Source: a virus | Length of the DNA: 64,000 nt | Direction: 5' to 3' (one strand) | Virus record (IMG/VR): IMGVR_UViG_3300021961_000021 | In this document: positions 35,590-45,042 of the stretch, in pieces | Position numbering within the stretch: the first letter of the stretch is position 1 | Layout of the letters: each line of letters begins with the position of its first letter | Translations under genes and position numbers: made by a program | The notes under the pieces: model-generated | The model's database searches: none | What the model saw: only the letters and a program-made list of their open reading frames with translations | Told to the model about the DNA's origin: nothing

Positions 35590-35987
35590 TGTCTTCCTCC
35601 AGTATTCATCTTTTGTTTGATCAAATCAATTTGTTCTTTGGTCAGAATTCGTAACGCATCCCGTGCCTTTTCATCTGAATACTTGAAGTAGTCTTTGATG
35701 AGAGCAAGATCATCAATCTTCTCTTTCTTTTGCCAGGGTGAGAAACGTTTTTTTCGTCTCAGACTATTTAGATAAAATAGATATTGGAGGTCTTTGTCTA
35801 GGTTGTATAACCTATTCATCTCGTTAGCATAGAGGACACTATCCATATGATAAGACAACATCCTGTTGACAATGTAAGGAGGATAATGTTTTTTCCAACC
35901 AGGATCATCGGAATCTAGTAGATTTTCCTTAGAAAAATTAACAGAATTTAGATAGTCCTTGAGAGGATAGTCACTACGAGAACTCAT
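35586..35987 (-). CDS. gp62: Clamp loader small subunit
   Basis: LKDYLNSVN, YPPYIVNR, ANEMN, RRKKRFSPW; position next to regA. Confidence 0.9.
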   Translation of the reverse strand: MSSRSDYPLKDYLNSVNFSKENLLDSDDPGWKKHYPPYIVNRMLSYHMDSVLYANEMNRLYNLDKDLQYLFYLNSLRRKKRFSPWQKKEKIDDLALIKDYFKYSDEKARDALRILTKEQIDLIKQKMNTGGRQ

Positions 35988-35990
35988 AAA

Positions 35991-36830
35991 TCAGGCAAGC
36001 AATTGTTCAATAGGTGATAGACAAGTGAAGTTTGTAATTAGCAATTCTTTCATCCCAGTATTGTTTGGACGATGCTGCATACCATAGGTAATGCTAAATG
36101 GACGTTGATGATAATACCTAAACAACTCTTTGATGTTGTCGTTGATATTGTAAGTGATCATCCAATTCAGATTACTGGCACCACATACATCAGCAAACTT
36201 TTGGTGATCAAATCCCCTGTGCATTGTTCCACCTTTGCCACCATAAAGAAAGTCTTTGATGTCATATGGGGGATCGAGAAACACAAAGGTATTCTCATCG
36301 CCAGGTTCCATAAGAAGATGACTGTAATCCGTATTGGTAATATGCCAATTCTGAATCATCTCAGAATAATGTGGAAGATTTTTAATTCCACGCATCGTAA
36401 AGTTCTGAACAGATGCTTGCGGAGAGAATGACGAATTTTCAGTAAGACCAGAATACGAACACTTGTTCATAATCCAGAAATAAACTGCTGCCTGAAACTC
36501 ACCCTGTTTATCGATGGTCTCTTTACACAGATTAAAGAGTTCTCGTGCACTCTCTTTGGTGTCGTACTTATCTTTGTACATCGCCAAGACATTTGAGAGA
36601 TCTTCACCATACTCCTGAAGGATTGTCCAGAAGTTATAGAGATACCAATACTTATCATTTACCCACACTGGATTATCAGGATTCCTGCGAGTAAACTCTA
36701 GGGCAACAGAACCCCCACCAAGAAAAGGTTCACGATACTCAGTCACATCCCTAGGGATGTTGTCACATAACATAGACGCTACACGAGACTTACCGCCAGG
36801 GTAGCGCAGTGGGGTTTTCAATCCTTTCAT
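35991..36830 (-). CDS. dam: DNA adenine methyltransferase (Dam/D12 class)
   Basis: LRYPGGKS, YREPFLGGGSV, FLDPPY, ELLITNF. Confidence 0.92.
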   Translation of the reverse strand: MKGLKTPLRYPGGKSRVASMLCDNIPRDVTEYREPFLGGGSVALEFTRRNPDNPVWVNDKYWYLYNFWTILQEYGEDLSNVLAMYKDKYDTKESARELFNLCKETIDKQGEFQAAVYFWIMNKCSYSGLTENSSFSPQASVQNFTMRGIKNLPHYSEMIQNWHITNTDYSHLLMEPGDENTFVFLDPPYDIKDFLYGGKGGTMHRGFDHQKFADVCGASNLNWMITYNINDNIKELFRYYHQRPFSITYGMQHRPNNTGMKELLITNFTCLSPIEQLLA

Positions 36831-37063
36831 TCAAACTCTCCAGTACGATTACGAATCCGAGAGGTACTGTAACTAGAAGCAAGTGGCAGATCAGTTACGC
36901 AGGTGACACTAATCATTGTTGACTTAGTTGCTTCTGCCATTTGACGATACCCAAGACCAACGTAGATCTGACCACCGACAACAGCAACTGCCATCGATCC
37001 CCAGAAGATGTAGTACCACTTGGACTTGATCTGATACGGGAGAGTGTTTCGCAATAGTTTCAT
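36827..37063 (-). CDS. Small membrane protein
   Basis: WYYIFWGSMAVAVVGGQIYVGLGY TM segment. Confidence 0.6.
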   Translation of the reverse strand: MKLLRNTLPYQIKSKWYYIFWGSMAVAVVGGQIYVGLGYRQMAEATKSTMISVTCVTDLPLASSYSTSRIRNRTGEFE

Positions 37064-37065
37064 AA

Positions 37066-37614
37066 TCAATAGGAAGGGGACTCCGACTTTAACCATATAT
37101 TACCAGACATCGATACCCTCTGTCCAGCGGATCGGAAGGGATATACATAATGATTTAACCAAGAGGGGAAGATAAAGCAGTCACCGTTCTTTGGTTTGAC
37201 AGGTCCCCATACGTTGTTGGATCCTTTCTGACGCTCACCATAATTGAAATACAGGGATCCTGCTTCTGGTGTTTCATCGTAAATCCCACTGGGGATATCC
37301 AGATAACAAACAAAACTTAGATCACCATCGTGATTGTGAACTGGTTGCCAATCGTTTGCTGTCTGAAAGTTTACCCATAACGGTTCGATATCAATATACC
37401 CCTTATGGTTATTCGTATATTCACGAACGTGATCAAGAATAACTTTCAGTTGATGATCTTCAGGATAGATATACAACTGTTCAGCAAGTTGACCTACCAG
37501 TATTGGTGATGCATCATCTTGTGCATCAAATGCTATAGCGAGCAATTCTTTTCGGAGTTGCTCATTAATCTGCCCTTTATAAATTGAAGGACCGAAAGGA
37601 CGAATCGTACTCAT
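37066..37614 (-). CDS. Putative 2OG-Fe(II) oxygenase
   Basis: PVHNHDGDLSFVCYL, FIFPSWLNHYVYPF, RVSMSGN. Confidence 0.85.
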   Translation of the reverse strand: MSTIRPFGPSIYKGQINEQLRKELLAIAFDAQDDASPILVGQLAEQLYIYPEDHQLKVILDHVREYTNNHKGYIDIEPLWVNFQTANDWQPVHNHDGDLSFVCYLDIPSGIYDETPEAGSLYFNYGERQKGSNNVWGPVKPKNGDCFIFPSWLNHYVYPFRSAGQRVSMSGNIWLKSESPSY

Positions 37615-37615
37615 A

Positions 37616-38224
37616 TCAGTTCAGAGAAAGATCTACCATATTTTGTCCATAAGGACCAAAGTTAACTCCACCTGTAGGGAATGCATTCCAAGCGATTGCT
37701 GCCCTAAGTTCTGGACCGTGATGCGGTACAGACCAGTGGATCATCCAACTTGGCCAAATGAGAAGTTGCCCAGGAGTCGGTTCGACCGCTACAGCGTTCT
37801 CGTAGGTGCCACTGATGATTTCCAACTGGTTCATCGTTCGTGGCGTCAGAGGGTCCTGGAAGACCGTAGGAGACCCCTCTGTGAGGTAATAGATACCAGA
37901 TAGGTAAGAGAAGGGATGACGGTGCGGTTGGTGGCATCCACCGCTCTCTGGACCGCTTACGTTGCCCCAGGCGAGGCACACCTCAAGGTCACCTTGCATT
38001 TGAAGTTGTTCTTCATTCTTGATCTCCTTGAGACAGTCTTCAATCCATTTGATGAGTGGTTGAAATTCATCCTGAAGATGGAGATCCCCTTTAGTAGTCT
38101 CAACCATATTCGGAATATTGAAGAGACCACGCTCACGTTCTAGCAAGGCATCCAAGGTGGGTTGTACCAGTTCTTCGTTATCAAACGAATAAAATCTAAC
38201 TGGGAAGAAATCGTGCCTGTCCAT
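37616..38224 (-). CDS. Putative 2OG-Fe(II) oxygenase
   Basis: HQPHRHPFSYLSGIYYL, LLIWPSWMIHWS, RAAIAWN. Confidence 0.85.
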   Translation of the reverse strand: MDRHDFFPVRFYSFDNEELVQPTLDALLERERGLFNIPNMVETTKGDLHLQDEFQPLIKWIEDCLKEIKNEEQLQMQGDLEVCLAWGNVSGPESGGCHQPHRHPFSYLSGIYYLTEGSPTVFQDPLTPRTMNQLEIISGTYENAVAVEPTPGQLLIWPSWMIHWSVPHHGPELRAAIAWNAFPTGGVNFGPYGQNMVDLSLN

Positions 38225-38783
38225 AATAATTGATGTTCAAGATGGTTCTGTCTTTGTGCTGACGAGGAGCAGAACCAGAATGGTAATGCAACCCATCGAA
38301 AATTACATACTTACCTTTTACAGGATCGATGTATTGTTTGGGTGTGACTTCAGATGGTGGTGTACCATTGTAGGTTTCTTTATATATGTGAGTAGGTCCA
38401 TCACTGTCATTAACATAATAGATCATCACATAATGTGGGTCGGGGCAATCAACGTGTGGTTGAGTGGGAGGAACAAAGTCCTTCATCACTTTAGCAGCAC
38501 GTACACGGATCAACTGTTCAAAGTCCATATCGACATTGTTGAGCATCCATTCCCATAGTTTTTTAAACACTATGTCATACGCTTTAGATGTAATCTCAAA
38601 GTCAGTATGAATTATATGCGCAAAATACGGATGCTCTTCGTACCCAGGTAACTGAAGAACCTCCGCATTGCCGTTGTATTTTGATGTAAATTCCTGATAG
38701 AACCAGGGAAAGGTGTTATCTCTACAAAGAACTTCGTAGATCCAATCACTGATTTCATCAGGAACGTATCCTACCTTAATCAT
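38196..38783 (-). CDS. Putative 2OG-Fe(II) oxygenase
   Basis: PHVD, MIYYVNDSDGPT, VIFDGLHYHSG, RTILNIN. Confidence 0.82.
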   Translation of the reverse strand: MIKVGYVPDEISDWIYEVLCRDNTFPWFYQEFTSKYNGNAEVLQLPGYEEHPYFAHIIHTDFEITSKAYDIVFKKLWEWMLNNVDMDFEQLIRVRAAKVMKDFVPPTQPHVDCPDPHYVMIYYVNDSDGPTHIYKETYNGTPPSEVTPKQYIDPVKGKYVIFDGLHYHSGSAPRQHKDRTILNINYYGQARFLPS

Positions 38784-39067
38784 ACAATGATCTTTTTACT
38801 TGGTGTTTCGATAAGAGAAAACATTTGTTCGTACTGCTCAACAATTTGATCTTGGGTTTCTGCGATGTACACAACATACGATTTAGGAATCTCAAGATCG
38901 ACTCCCCTACCTTTAAGAATAGGTGACCAGGGAGCAAATGCCATAGTCCCAGTGCCAGAAGGAATGGCAACGATAGGGTTACGGATAACAATATTGTCGG
39001 TAAGATTACCAACAAGGTCTGCGACGACATCTTCGCCAGACCACATTCGGATTAGTTTAACGTTCAT
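38780..39067 (-). CDS. Hypothetical protein (Sm-like candidate)
   Basis: MNVKLIRMWSGEDVVADL...FAPWSP. Confidence 0.7.
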   Translation of the reverse strand: MNVKLIRMWSGEDVVADLVGNLTDNIVIRNPIVAIPSGTGTMAFAPWSPILKGRGVDLEIPKSYVVYIAETQDQIVEQYEQMFSLIETPSKKIIV

Positions 39068-40005
39068 TTGAATTGACACTGCATCATAATTTCAGTTAGA
39101 AATGCCACCAAGTTGATCTCTTGATCGGCAACGAAAGCAGACTTGTACTGGTACTCACCCAGGATAAGAACTGCTTGGGGAATGCTCTGAGGTTGAAAAT
39201 ACTCGTAGAGACTGTCATAGATGTTCCTCATAATTTGTGTTGGTTCATTGTCCAGATTAGTTGTCACCCACTTCTTCATCTTCGTGAACTCTTTGGTCTT
39301 CAAATAAGAAACCAGTTCATTAAGATTTAGGTTAGATACAACAGCAAGAATACCATTATCGATCTTACCGATAGAGGCATACCGCTGCAGTTCGTTCAGG
39401 GTACGACGAAAGTCTGGAAAATACTTCTGAACTAGCGCCGCCAGAACACGAGGTTCGGCATCAATTCGTTCGGTTTCAAGAATCTTCTGAACCCGAGTAA
39501 AGAAAGCAGCAGCGATCTTTTGCTTTTCCGACTTGCCGAAGTTGAAGTCAACAACAGAACATCTTGAGTGGAGTGGTTGAATAATTTTGTTCTTGTAGTT
39601 GCAGGTGAAGATGAATCTACAGTTGCGACTAAATTCCTCAATAGACGCCCGTAGGAGGAGTTGTACGTCGCTCCCTGTGTTATCTGCCTCATCAATGATG
39701 ATGACTTTGTGTTTAGCAGTCGATGTAAGTGAGACGGTCGAAGCGAAGTTCTTCGCATTGTTTCGGACAGTTTCAAGGAATCGACCCTCGTCGGATCCAT
39801 TAATGACATAGTAATCGGCACCAATTTCATTACACAGTGCTTTTGCAACGGTAGTCTTACCCAGACCAGGACCACCAGAAAGGAGTAGATTGGGGATCTC
39901 TCCCTTCTCAACAAACTTCAGGAATACATCCTTCACAGATTCGGAGAGAATACAATCCTCAACTTTCTGAGGACGGTACTTTTCACACCAAAGAAAATCT
40001 GACAT
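39064..40005 (-). CDS. gp44: Clamp loader large subunit
   Basis: WCEKYRPQ, GGPGLGKTT, INGSDEG, IIDEAD, SRC, DFRR. Confidence 0.96.
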   Translation of the reverse strand: MSDFLWCEKYRPQKVEDCILSESVKDVFLKFVEKGEIPNLLLSGGPGLGKTTVAKALCNEIGADYYVINGSDEGRFLETVRNNAKNFASTVSLTSTAKHKVIIIDEADNTGSDVQLLLRASIEEFSRNCRFIFTCNYKNKIIQPLHSRCSVVDFNFGKSEKQKIAAAFFTRVQKILETERIDAEPRVLAALVQKYFPDFRRTLNELQRYASIGKIDNGILAVVSNLNLNELVSYLKTKEFTKMKKWVTTNLDNEPTQIMRNIYDSLYEYFQPQSIPQAVLILGEYQYKSAFVADQEINLVAFLTEIMMQCQFK

Positions 40006-40012
40006 AATAATA

Positions 40013-40540
40013 TTAAATCCAGTCGGGTTTACGGTCGGGGATGCGAAGATAATTATCTTTCACCCAAGGTTTAGATGCGATATACCGTTTGTAAGCGGTG
40101 AACGTATCTATTGTATCATCTTCTTTCCATTCAACGGGCATAGCACGAACAAATGGAGTTGGACCTTTGCCAGATCGTCCTGCAGGATCTGGACGGGGAA
40201 ACAACTTGTTAGCAGCAGAAAGAGTATGCAAGCAAGAATGAATCTTGGCATACCGATTGGAATACTCTTCACAGAGTGCTAGACCGTGATCAATCAACCA
40301 CGACCAGTTGTGAACAAATTCTCCTGCCCAAATGGTGCAAGGATGATTACGAAAGGCACCTTTCTCGGTGCTGTATGGAGTTCCATCTACTTTGGGCAGA
40401 GTACCGAAACCTCTACCCCATTTATCAGATGCAATAATAGAAAGCATCTGGCAGCACTCTAGTGGCATCTTGACAATGTGCTTGTCTGGAAGAACTCGTG
40501 CTGAAAGGACGGGAGAGGGATCGGTAACAAAGATGTTCAT
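40013..40540 (-). CDS. Pyrimidine-dimer DNA glycosylase-like protein
   Basis: MNIFVTD, DKHIVKMPLECCQML, HPCTIW, LCEEYSNRY; resembles the endonuclease V-like family. Confidence 0.72.
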   Translation of the reverse strand: MNIFVTDPSPVLSARVLPDKHIVKMPLECCQMLSIIASDKWGRGFGTLPKVDGTPYSTEKGAFRNHPCTIWAGEFVHNWSWLIDHGLALCEEYSNRYAKIHSCLHTLSAANKLFPRPDPAGRSGKGPTPFVRAMPVEWKEDDTIDTFTAYKRYIASKPWVKDNYLRIPDRKPDWI

Positions 40541-41220
40541 TTTGTTTCTGGTTCTAGAGCGATGTAATACTGAAGATCCAATGCTGCAGACTTGGCAACA
40601 AAGTGAGCAACACGTCCTCCAGATATGCTCACATCATAATCAACTTGCTGGAGTCGGAGGTTCTCAACCTTGAAACAGTAACAAAACTCAGTGTCATCGT
40701 CACATTCACCAACAGGAATCTCAAAGGTATTGCTGGTTTCGTTCTTCTTGTCACATACCCGAAGGATAATTTCATTTCCTTTGGTAGTCAGACACAGATC
40801 AGGAACAGCATAGATTTGCGATGCCTTAGAAAGTTTGTCAAGATCTGCAGCAGTTACAGTGAATTGAACATTCACATTGGTCATTGGGATCTCTTTGTTT
40901 GGCGGACGTACAATGAGATCGGGATCGCTGTAGTAGAAACTGGTGCGTCCTCCACGGTTTTGATCTGAGACGATAACCTTTCGATCATCAGTGAAGTCCA
41001 AGACAGGATCTGTAAACAACGAGATACCACTGAGAAATACAGGGAGGTCATAGATTGCGACCTGAGTTGGGAAGTCTTCGTTAACCTTAGCAGAAGCGTA
41101 AATGTTCTTGTTAACAGAAATCGTGCGGATATAAGAACCAGGATCGATAACGATAGACTTGTTGATGGTTGCAAAGTTCTTCAGTGTATTGTAGGTTTCT
41201 TTACTCAGGTTCATCTTCAT
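40537..41220 (-). CDS. gp45: Sliding clamp
   Basis: LKNFATINKSI, AIYDL, FCYCFKVENL, YYIALEP. Confidence 0.93.
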   Translation of the reverse strand: MKMNLSKETYNTLKNFATINKSIVIDPGSYIRTISVNKNIYASAKVNEDFPTQVAIYDLPVFLSGISLFTDPVLDFTDDRKVIVSDQNRGGRTSFYYSDPDLIVRPPNKEIPMTNVNVQFTVTAADLDKLSKASQIYAVPDLCLTTKGNEIILRVCDKKNETSNTFEIPVGECDDDTEFCYCFKVENLRLQQVDYDVSISGGRVAHFVAKSAALDLQYYIALEPETK

Positions 41221-41504
41221 CGGTTAGGGTACTCCTCACGAGTTGCGTTTTTATCATTAAAGTGTAGCAGAAGAACTGCATAATGCAGCACCTTCAAAAT
41301 GTCACGGCGGGCAGTGCCCTTTTTATCATAGCGAGAGGCATACTTCAGGATGTTACTACGGCAGAATGCCTCACCATCGCCACACGCTTCAATCAAATCA
41401 AGTGTCTGAATACCGTCATCACCAGAAGAATAGTGCTGTCGATATGTGTCGGTGATGTAGGTACGCACCTCATCGAGAATTGCTTCTTCGTTGTACTTGA
41501 ACAT
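41217..41504 (-). CDS. DUF3310-like protein
   Basis: HYS...QTLDLI...FCRSNILKYASRYDKKG...DILKVLHY. Confidence 0.7.
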   Translation of the reverse strand: MFKYNEEAILDEVRTYITDTYRQHYSSGDDGIQTLDLIEACGDGEAFCRSNILKYASRYDKKGTARRDILKVLHYAVLLLHFNDKNATREEYPNR

Positions 41505-41528
41505 AGTGTAAGGGGGTGGTATTTACCC

Positions 41529-41558
41529 AGTATAAGGTTTACAGATGGATCGTGTCAA
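41529..41558 (-). promoter_or_regulatory. Sigma70-like early promoter
   Basis: TTGACA (41558-41553), 18 bp, TATACT (41534-41529). Confidence 0.65.
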
Positions 41559-42673
41559 GTGAACACGGTGGGGTTTTCGTTGCTGATAACTTCAATGGTG
41601 TCGGCATTAAAGTCAACATCAATCTTATCGTACAGTTCAAGGAATGCTTGCTTGGTCTCATCATCGAAACGATTGACACTGTACTTGATGGCATCTTCCT
41701 TGGAATTGAAGATGGAGTATGCCTTGATGATATGAACAAGGCGACGAGTGGAGATCACTTCATCAATGCCACCATCGAAGAAGGTCTTACGAATGACTTG
41801 TGCCCAATCACACAGGCGCTTGCAGAAGTCACGGTCTTCCACGCCAAGGTCCAGAGCAACCCCCTCCAGGATCTTCTGTTCGGTCGCAGGGGCAGGATAT
41901 TCTTGTTCTAGGGTGATAGCAAAACGCTCAAGGAATGCTTCATTGAGAACGTTGGTGCCGATAAAGCGACCGTCATCAGAACCCTTGCCCTTGGTGTTGG
42001 CAGTGGCAACAACGTTAAACCCAGCAGCAGGTTTGACAAACTTACCAATTTTCTTCAGGTAAACACCTTTACCCTCAAGGATAGATTGCAGACAAAGGAT
42101 CTTATTAGAAGCAAGATCAACCTCATCTAGAAGCAGCACTGCTCCCCGTTCCAGAGCTTCAACCACTGGACCGTTGTGCCAAACAGTATCGCCATTGACA
42201 AGACGGAAACCACCAATAAGGTCATCTTCATCGGTCTCGATGGTGATGTTCACCCGAACGAACTCCCTATTTAGTTGGGCACACGCTTGCTCAACGGAGA
42301 AGGTCTTACCATTACCAGAGAGACCAGTGATAAAAGTAGGATAGAAAATGCCTGCCTTAAGAATTTTCTTTACGACAGAAAAGTTACCGAACGGGACAAA
42401 TTGATCATCTTTAGCAGGCACAAGGTTCTGATTAACCCGTTCGGTAACATTTACTGCAGGGGCAGCAGCAGGTGCCTGATAGGTCTGCTCAAGTTCTTGA
42501 ACCGTCAGATTCCATTTACCACGACCAGACTTATAGTTATCGAGACGCTTTTTCACAGTGGGAAGGGAAACATTGAAATAGTCAGCAGCAGACAGGAGTT
42601 GGGGAACACCGATCTCAGAACCGAAGTTCTGCTGCAGGTAAGCGATGAGTGTTTCGTTGGTCACAGAGGTCAT
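41555..42673 (-). CDS. cobS: CobS/MoxR-like AAA+ ATPase with N-terminal HTH-like segment
   Basis: GLSGNGKT, ETDEDDLIGG, LLLDEVD, ATANTKGKG, LNEAFLERF, STRRLV. Confidence 0.9.
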   Translation of the reverse strand: MTSVTNETLIAYLQQNFGSEIGVPQLLSAADYFNVSLPTVKKRLDNYKSGRGKWNLTVQELEQTYQAPAAAPAVNVTERVNQNLVPAKDDQFVPFGNFSVVKKILKAGIFYPTFITGLSGNGKTFSVEQACAQLNREFVRVNITIETDEDDLIGGFRLVNGDTVWHNGPVVEALERGAVLLLDEVDLASNKILCLQSILEGKGVYLKKIGKFVKPAAGFNVVATANTKGKGSDDGRFIGTNVLNEAFLERFAITLEQEYPAPATEQKILEGVALDLGVEDRDFCKRLCDWAQVIRKTFFDGGIDEVISTRRLVHIIKAYSIFNSKEDAIKYSVNRFDDETKQAFLELYDKIDVDFNADTIEVISNENPTVFT

Positions 42674-42694
42674 TGGGTTGTTTCGTCTTTACTT

Positions 42695-42751
42695 AGTATA
42701 GGGGTGGTTCCACCCCAATCTGGGGTGGTGTGGACACTTAGGCAACTGTCC
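42695..42751 (-). promoter_or_regulatory. Pseudo-palindrome + hairpin + -10 promoter element
   Basis: GGACAGTT-N4-AAGTGTCC, CCACCCCA-GAT-TGGGGTGG hairpin, TATACT. Confidence 0.55.
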
Positions 42752-44849
42752 TAATGAAGGAGGTCAGGATGCGTTTGTTGCTTCGCTTCGATTTGAACAT
42801 TTTCTTGAACGCACGAGTAGCGGTGGCACGATCAGCACCTTCTTCAAGACTGGAAAGATCCGATTCTTCAATCTGAGTATTGGCAGGAATAACATAGAAG
42901 GAATCGTATCCTGCATTGGTGAGGATGGCACCTTTGTTCTTACGGTACTCTTGAAGTTCGTTGGAATAGTTATCATATCCAAAGATATGACGGAAGAACG
43001 AAGTAACATCTCGTCCAGCGACAAGACGGAAACCCAGAATATTTACATCTGGATGATTGTCCTTCAGGTTCTCAAGGAAAATCCTAGTTTGGATTGTGGG
43101 AGAACCATCAAAACGAGGATAGATTTTACCCAATTTACGATCACGAAGAAAACAACGGTAGTAGATAGCATTGCGATGCAATTGATTGTTATCGTAAATG
43201 CTAGCAGCATTGTATGCGGAAGGTTGTGCTTCACCATCGGTCAGAACCATCGCAGTAACTTTCTCTGCCCGTTTCTTCATATCACGAATCAAAGTATTCA
43301 GGAAGATGATTGACTCATTCAGGGGAGTGCCCGAAAGACCAAACCCAGGTGCTGCGTTGAATGCATACTTACGCCAGTGAGTGCCAGGGCGATTGCCCTG
43401 TGCTCCTGCATTCATAAAGAGGTATCGCAGACAAGCATCCTGATTCTTCTTAGTTTGAGTGGAAGAACAAAGGTGAAGCAACGTTGTCCATTCAACCGAG
43501 ATCACATTTTTCTTTTTATCAATCTCATTGTTGGGGACATAACTATGTGCCAGTCCATCATTAGTAAATGCATAGACATCGAATTCGATGTTTGCTTTTT
43601 GACAGAACCAAACTAATTGAATAACTTGGTTCACGGTATCGATCAAATAATCACACATAGAACCAGACCAGTCAAGAATGAAGATCATTCCGTGGTTTTT
43701 GCCCTCAGGAATCACCGTGACTTTTTTAAAGATGTCGTCACTGAATTTGTAGGAGATCAATCGTTGAGTATCAAGAACTCCAGTACGGGAAGTAGAAGCA
43801 CGAGCATACATTGACGCTGCTTTACGGCACTCAAATTCTTTCAGAAGAAAGTTTACCTCAGGCATAGACTGTTTGCGAAACTGGTTATAATCTGCAGTTG
43901 CTTCATCAGTGTAGATCGAATCCAGACTGGTGAAATGGTTCTTGCAAATTTCAAGAACCCGATCTGCAGAAACGGTAAACTGATCTTTAGTAACTTTGGG
44001 AAGATCGAGATACACATTACCTTGATATGCTCCCTCAGTCAGTTCTTTGAGTTTATCTGACAGTGCTTTATCGGTAAAGGATTCATCCGAATCATACTGT
44101 TCGGCACCACCGTCGCCAGTCTCAGACTCGTCATCCAGTTCAGTGTCACCTTGAACGGGTTCACCTGCAGAACCACCAGACTGTTCGCCATCGGAACTAC
44201 TCTCTACATTGCTCTGATTGCTTTCAGGAGTAACGTTTCCACTTTCACCCGTAGGAGACTCATCGATCTTTTCTTGCTGCTTCTTCTCTTCCTGAGAAAC
44301 TTTCCAGATTTCACGAGCAGCAGCAACTGCCTCTTCAAAGGTTTCTGCAGCGGCAACCATATCGATAAGATAGGAATACTTATCATCGATGGGGATCGGA
44401 GTGAAGGATCCAATCTTGAAGTGAAGATTGATACGATCAATCAGATTGAGTTTGTCGATATTACCCTTAACCGAGAAGAAATCATCCTCATCAAATTGCT
44501 GGTAACCACGATAGAAGGTTTTAGGAAGACCCTGATACCGACGCTTCATCAGTTTCTCAATGCGAGCATCCTCAGTCACGTTGACGAAAGACTGAGGGCA
44601 CTCAAAGTTATCCCAGTCCTGAGGGGTGAACAGAGCGTGTCCAACTTCGTGAGCAACCAGAAGATCGTACACGGCATTGCTTGCCTTCTCCCAGATGGGA
44701 AGAACCAGAACCCGATCAACTACGTTGAAGGAAGCAGTCTCACACTGCTTATGTTCGATGACAATATCTTCGGTGGCAAGCAGTTTGGCGAGGGTATCCT
44801 TGACTCCAGTGTTGACGGTCATTGGTCTTGTGCGTTTCTCTCCATACAA
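42738..44849 (-). CDS. CobT-like VWA-domain protein with N-terminal HExxH metallopeptidase-like motif
   Basis: VAHEVGHALFT, VTEDARIE; ILDWSGSM MIDAS, SGTPL, LTDGE. Confidence 0.8.
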   Translation of the reverse strand: MYGEKRTRPMTVNTGVKDTLAKLLATEDIVIEHKQCETASFNVVDRVLVLPIWEKASNAVYDLLVAHEVGHALFTPQDWDNFECPQSFVNVTEDARIEKLMKRRYQGLPKTFYRGYQQFDEDDFFSVKGNIDKLNLIDRINLHFKIGSFTPIPIDDKYSYLIDMVAAAETFEEAVAAAREIWKVSQEEKKQQEKIDESPTGESGNVTPESNQSNVESSSDGEQSGGSAGEPVQGDTELDDESETGDGGAEQYDSDESFTDKALSDKLKELTEGAYQGNVYLDLPKVTKDQFTVSADRVLEICKNHFTSLDSIYTDEATADYNQFRKQSMPEVNFLLKEFECRKAASMYARASTSRTGVLDTQRLISYKFSDDIFKKVTVIPEGKNHGMIFILDWSGSMCDYLIDTVNQVIQLVWFCQKANIEFDVYAFTNDGLAHSYVPNNEIDKKKNVISVEWTTLLHLCSSTQTKKNQDACLRYLFMNAGAQGNRPGTHWRKYAFNAAPGFGLSGTPLNESIIFLNTLIRDMKKRAEKVTAMVLTDGEAQPSAYNAASIYDNNQLHRNAIYYRCFLRDRKLGKIYPRFDGSPTIQTRIFLENLKDNHPDVNILGFRLVAGRDVTSFFRHIFGYDNYSNELQEYRKNKGAILTNAGYDSFYVIPANTQIEESDLSSLEEGADRATATRAFKKMFKSKRSNKRILTSFIRTVA

Positions 44850-44992
44850 TAAGACCCCCCAGACGGTCTGGAGGGTCGAAGTAGACAGTTCTTCAAGTGT
44901 CTACGCCTTGCCTTGGCTTGGCGTAGTGCTTGAGGTTTTAGGTGGCGTTTCTGTTCCTTCTTGGAATGATGCTGCCAGTTCGGTACGTTCAT
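44819..44992 (-). CDS. Small basic hypothetical protein
   Basis: PNWQHHSKKEQKRHLKPQALRQAKARRR. Confidence 0.55.
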   Translation of the reverse strand: MNVPNWQHHSKKEQKRHLKPQALRQAKARRRHLKNCLLRPSRPSGGSYCMERNAQDQ

Positions 44993-45042
44993 TGTCCTCA
45001 ATGATTTTGTTTAGAACATTATCATACCATAGGGTGTTCTGG

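Noticed and set aside
41555-42673. Cobalamin biosynthesis as the function of cobS
   Set aside because: No cobN or pathway genes in the window; context fits a generic AAA+/VWA pair.
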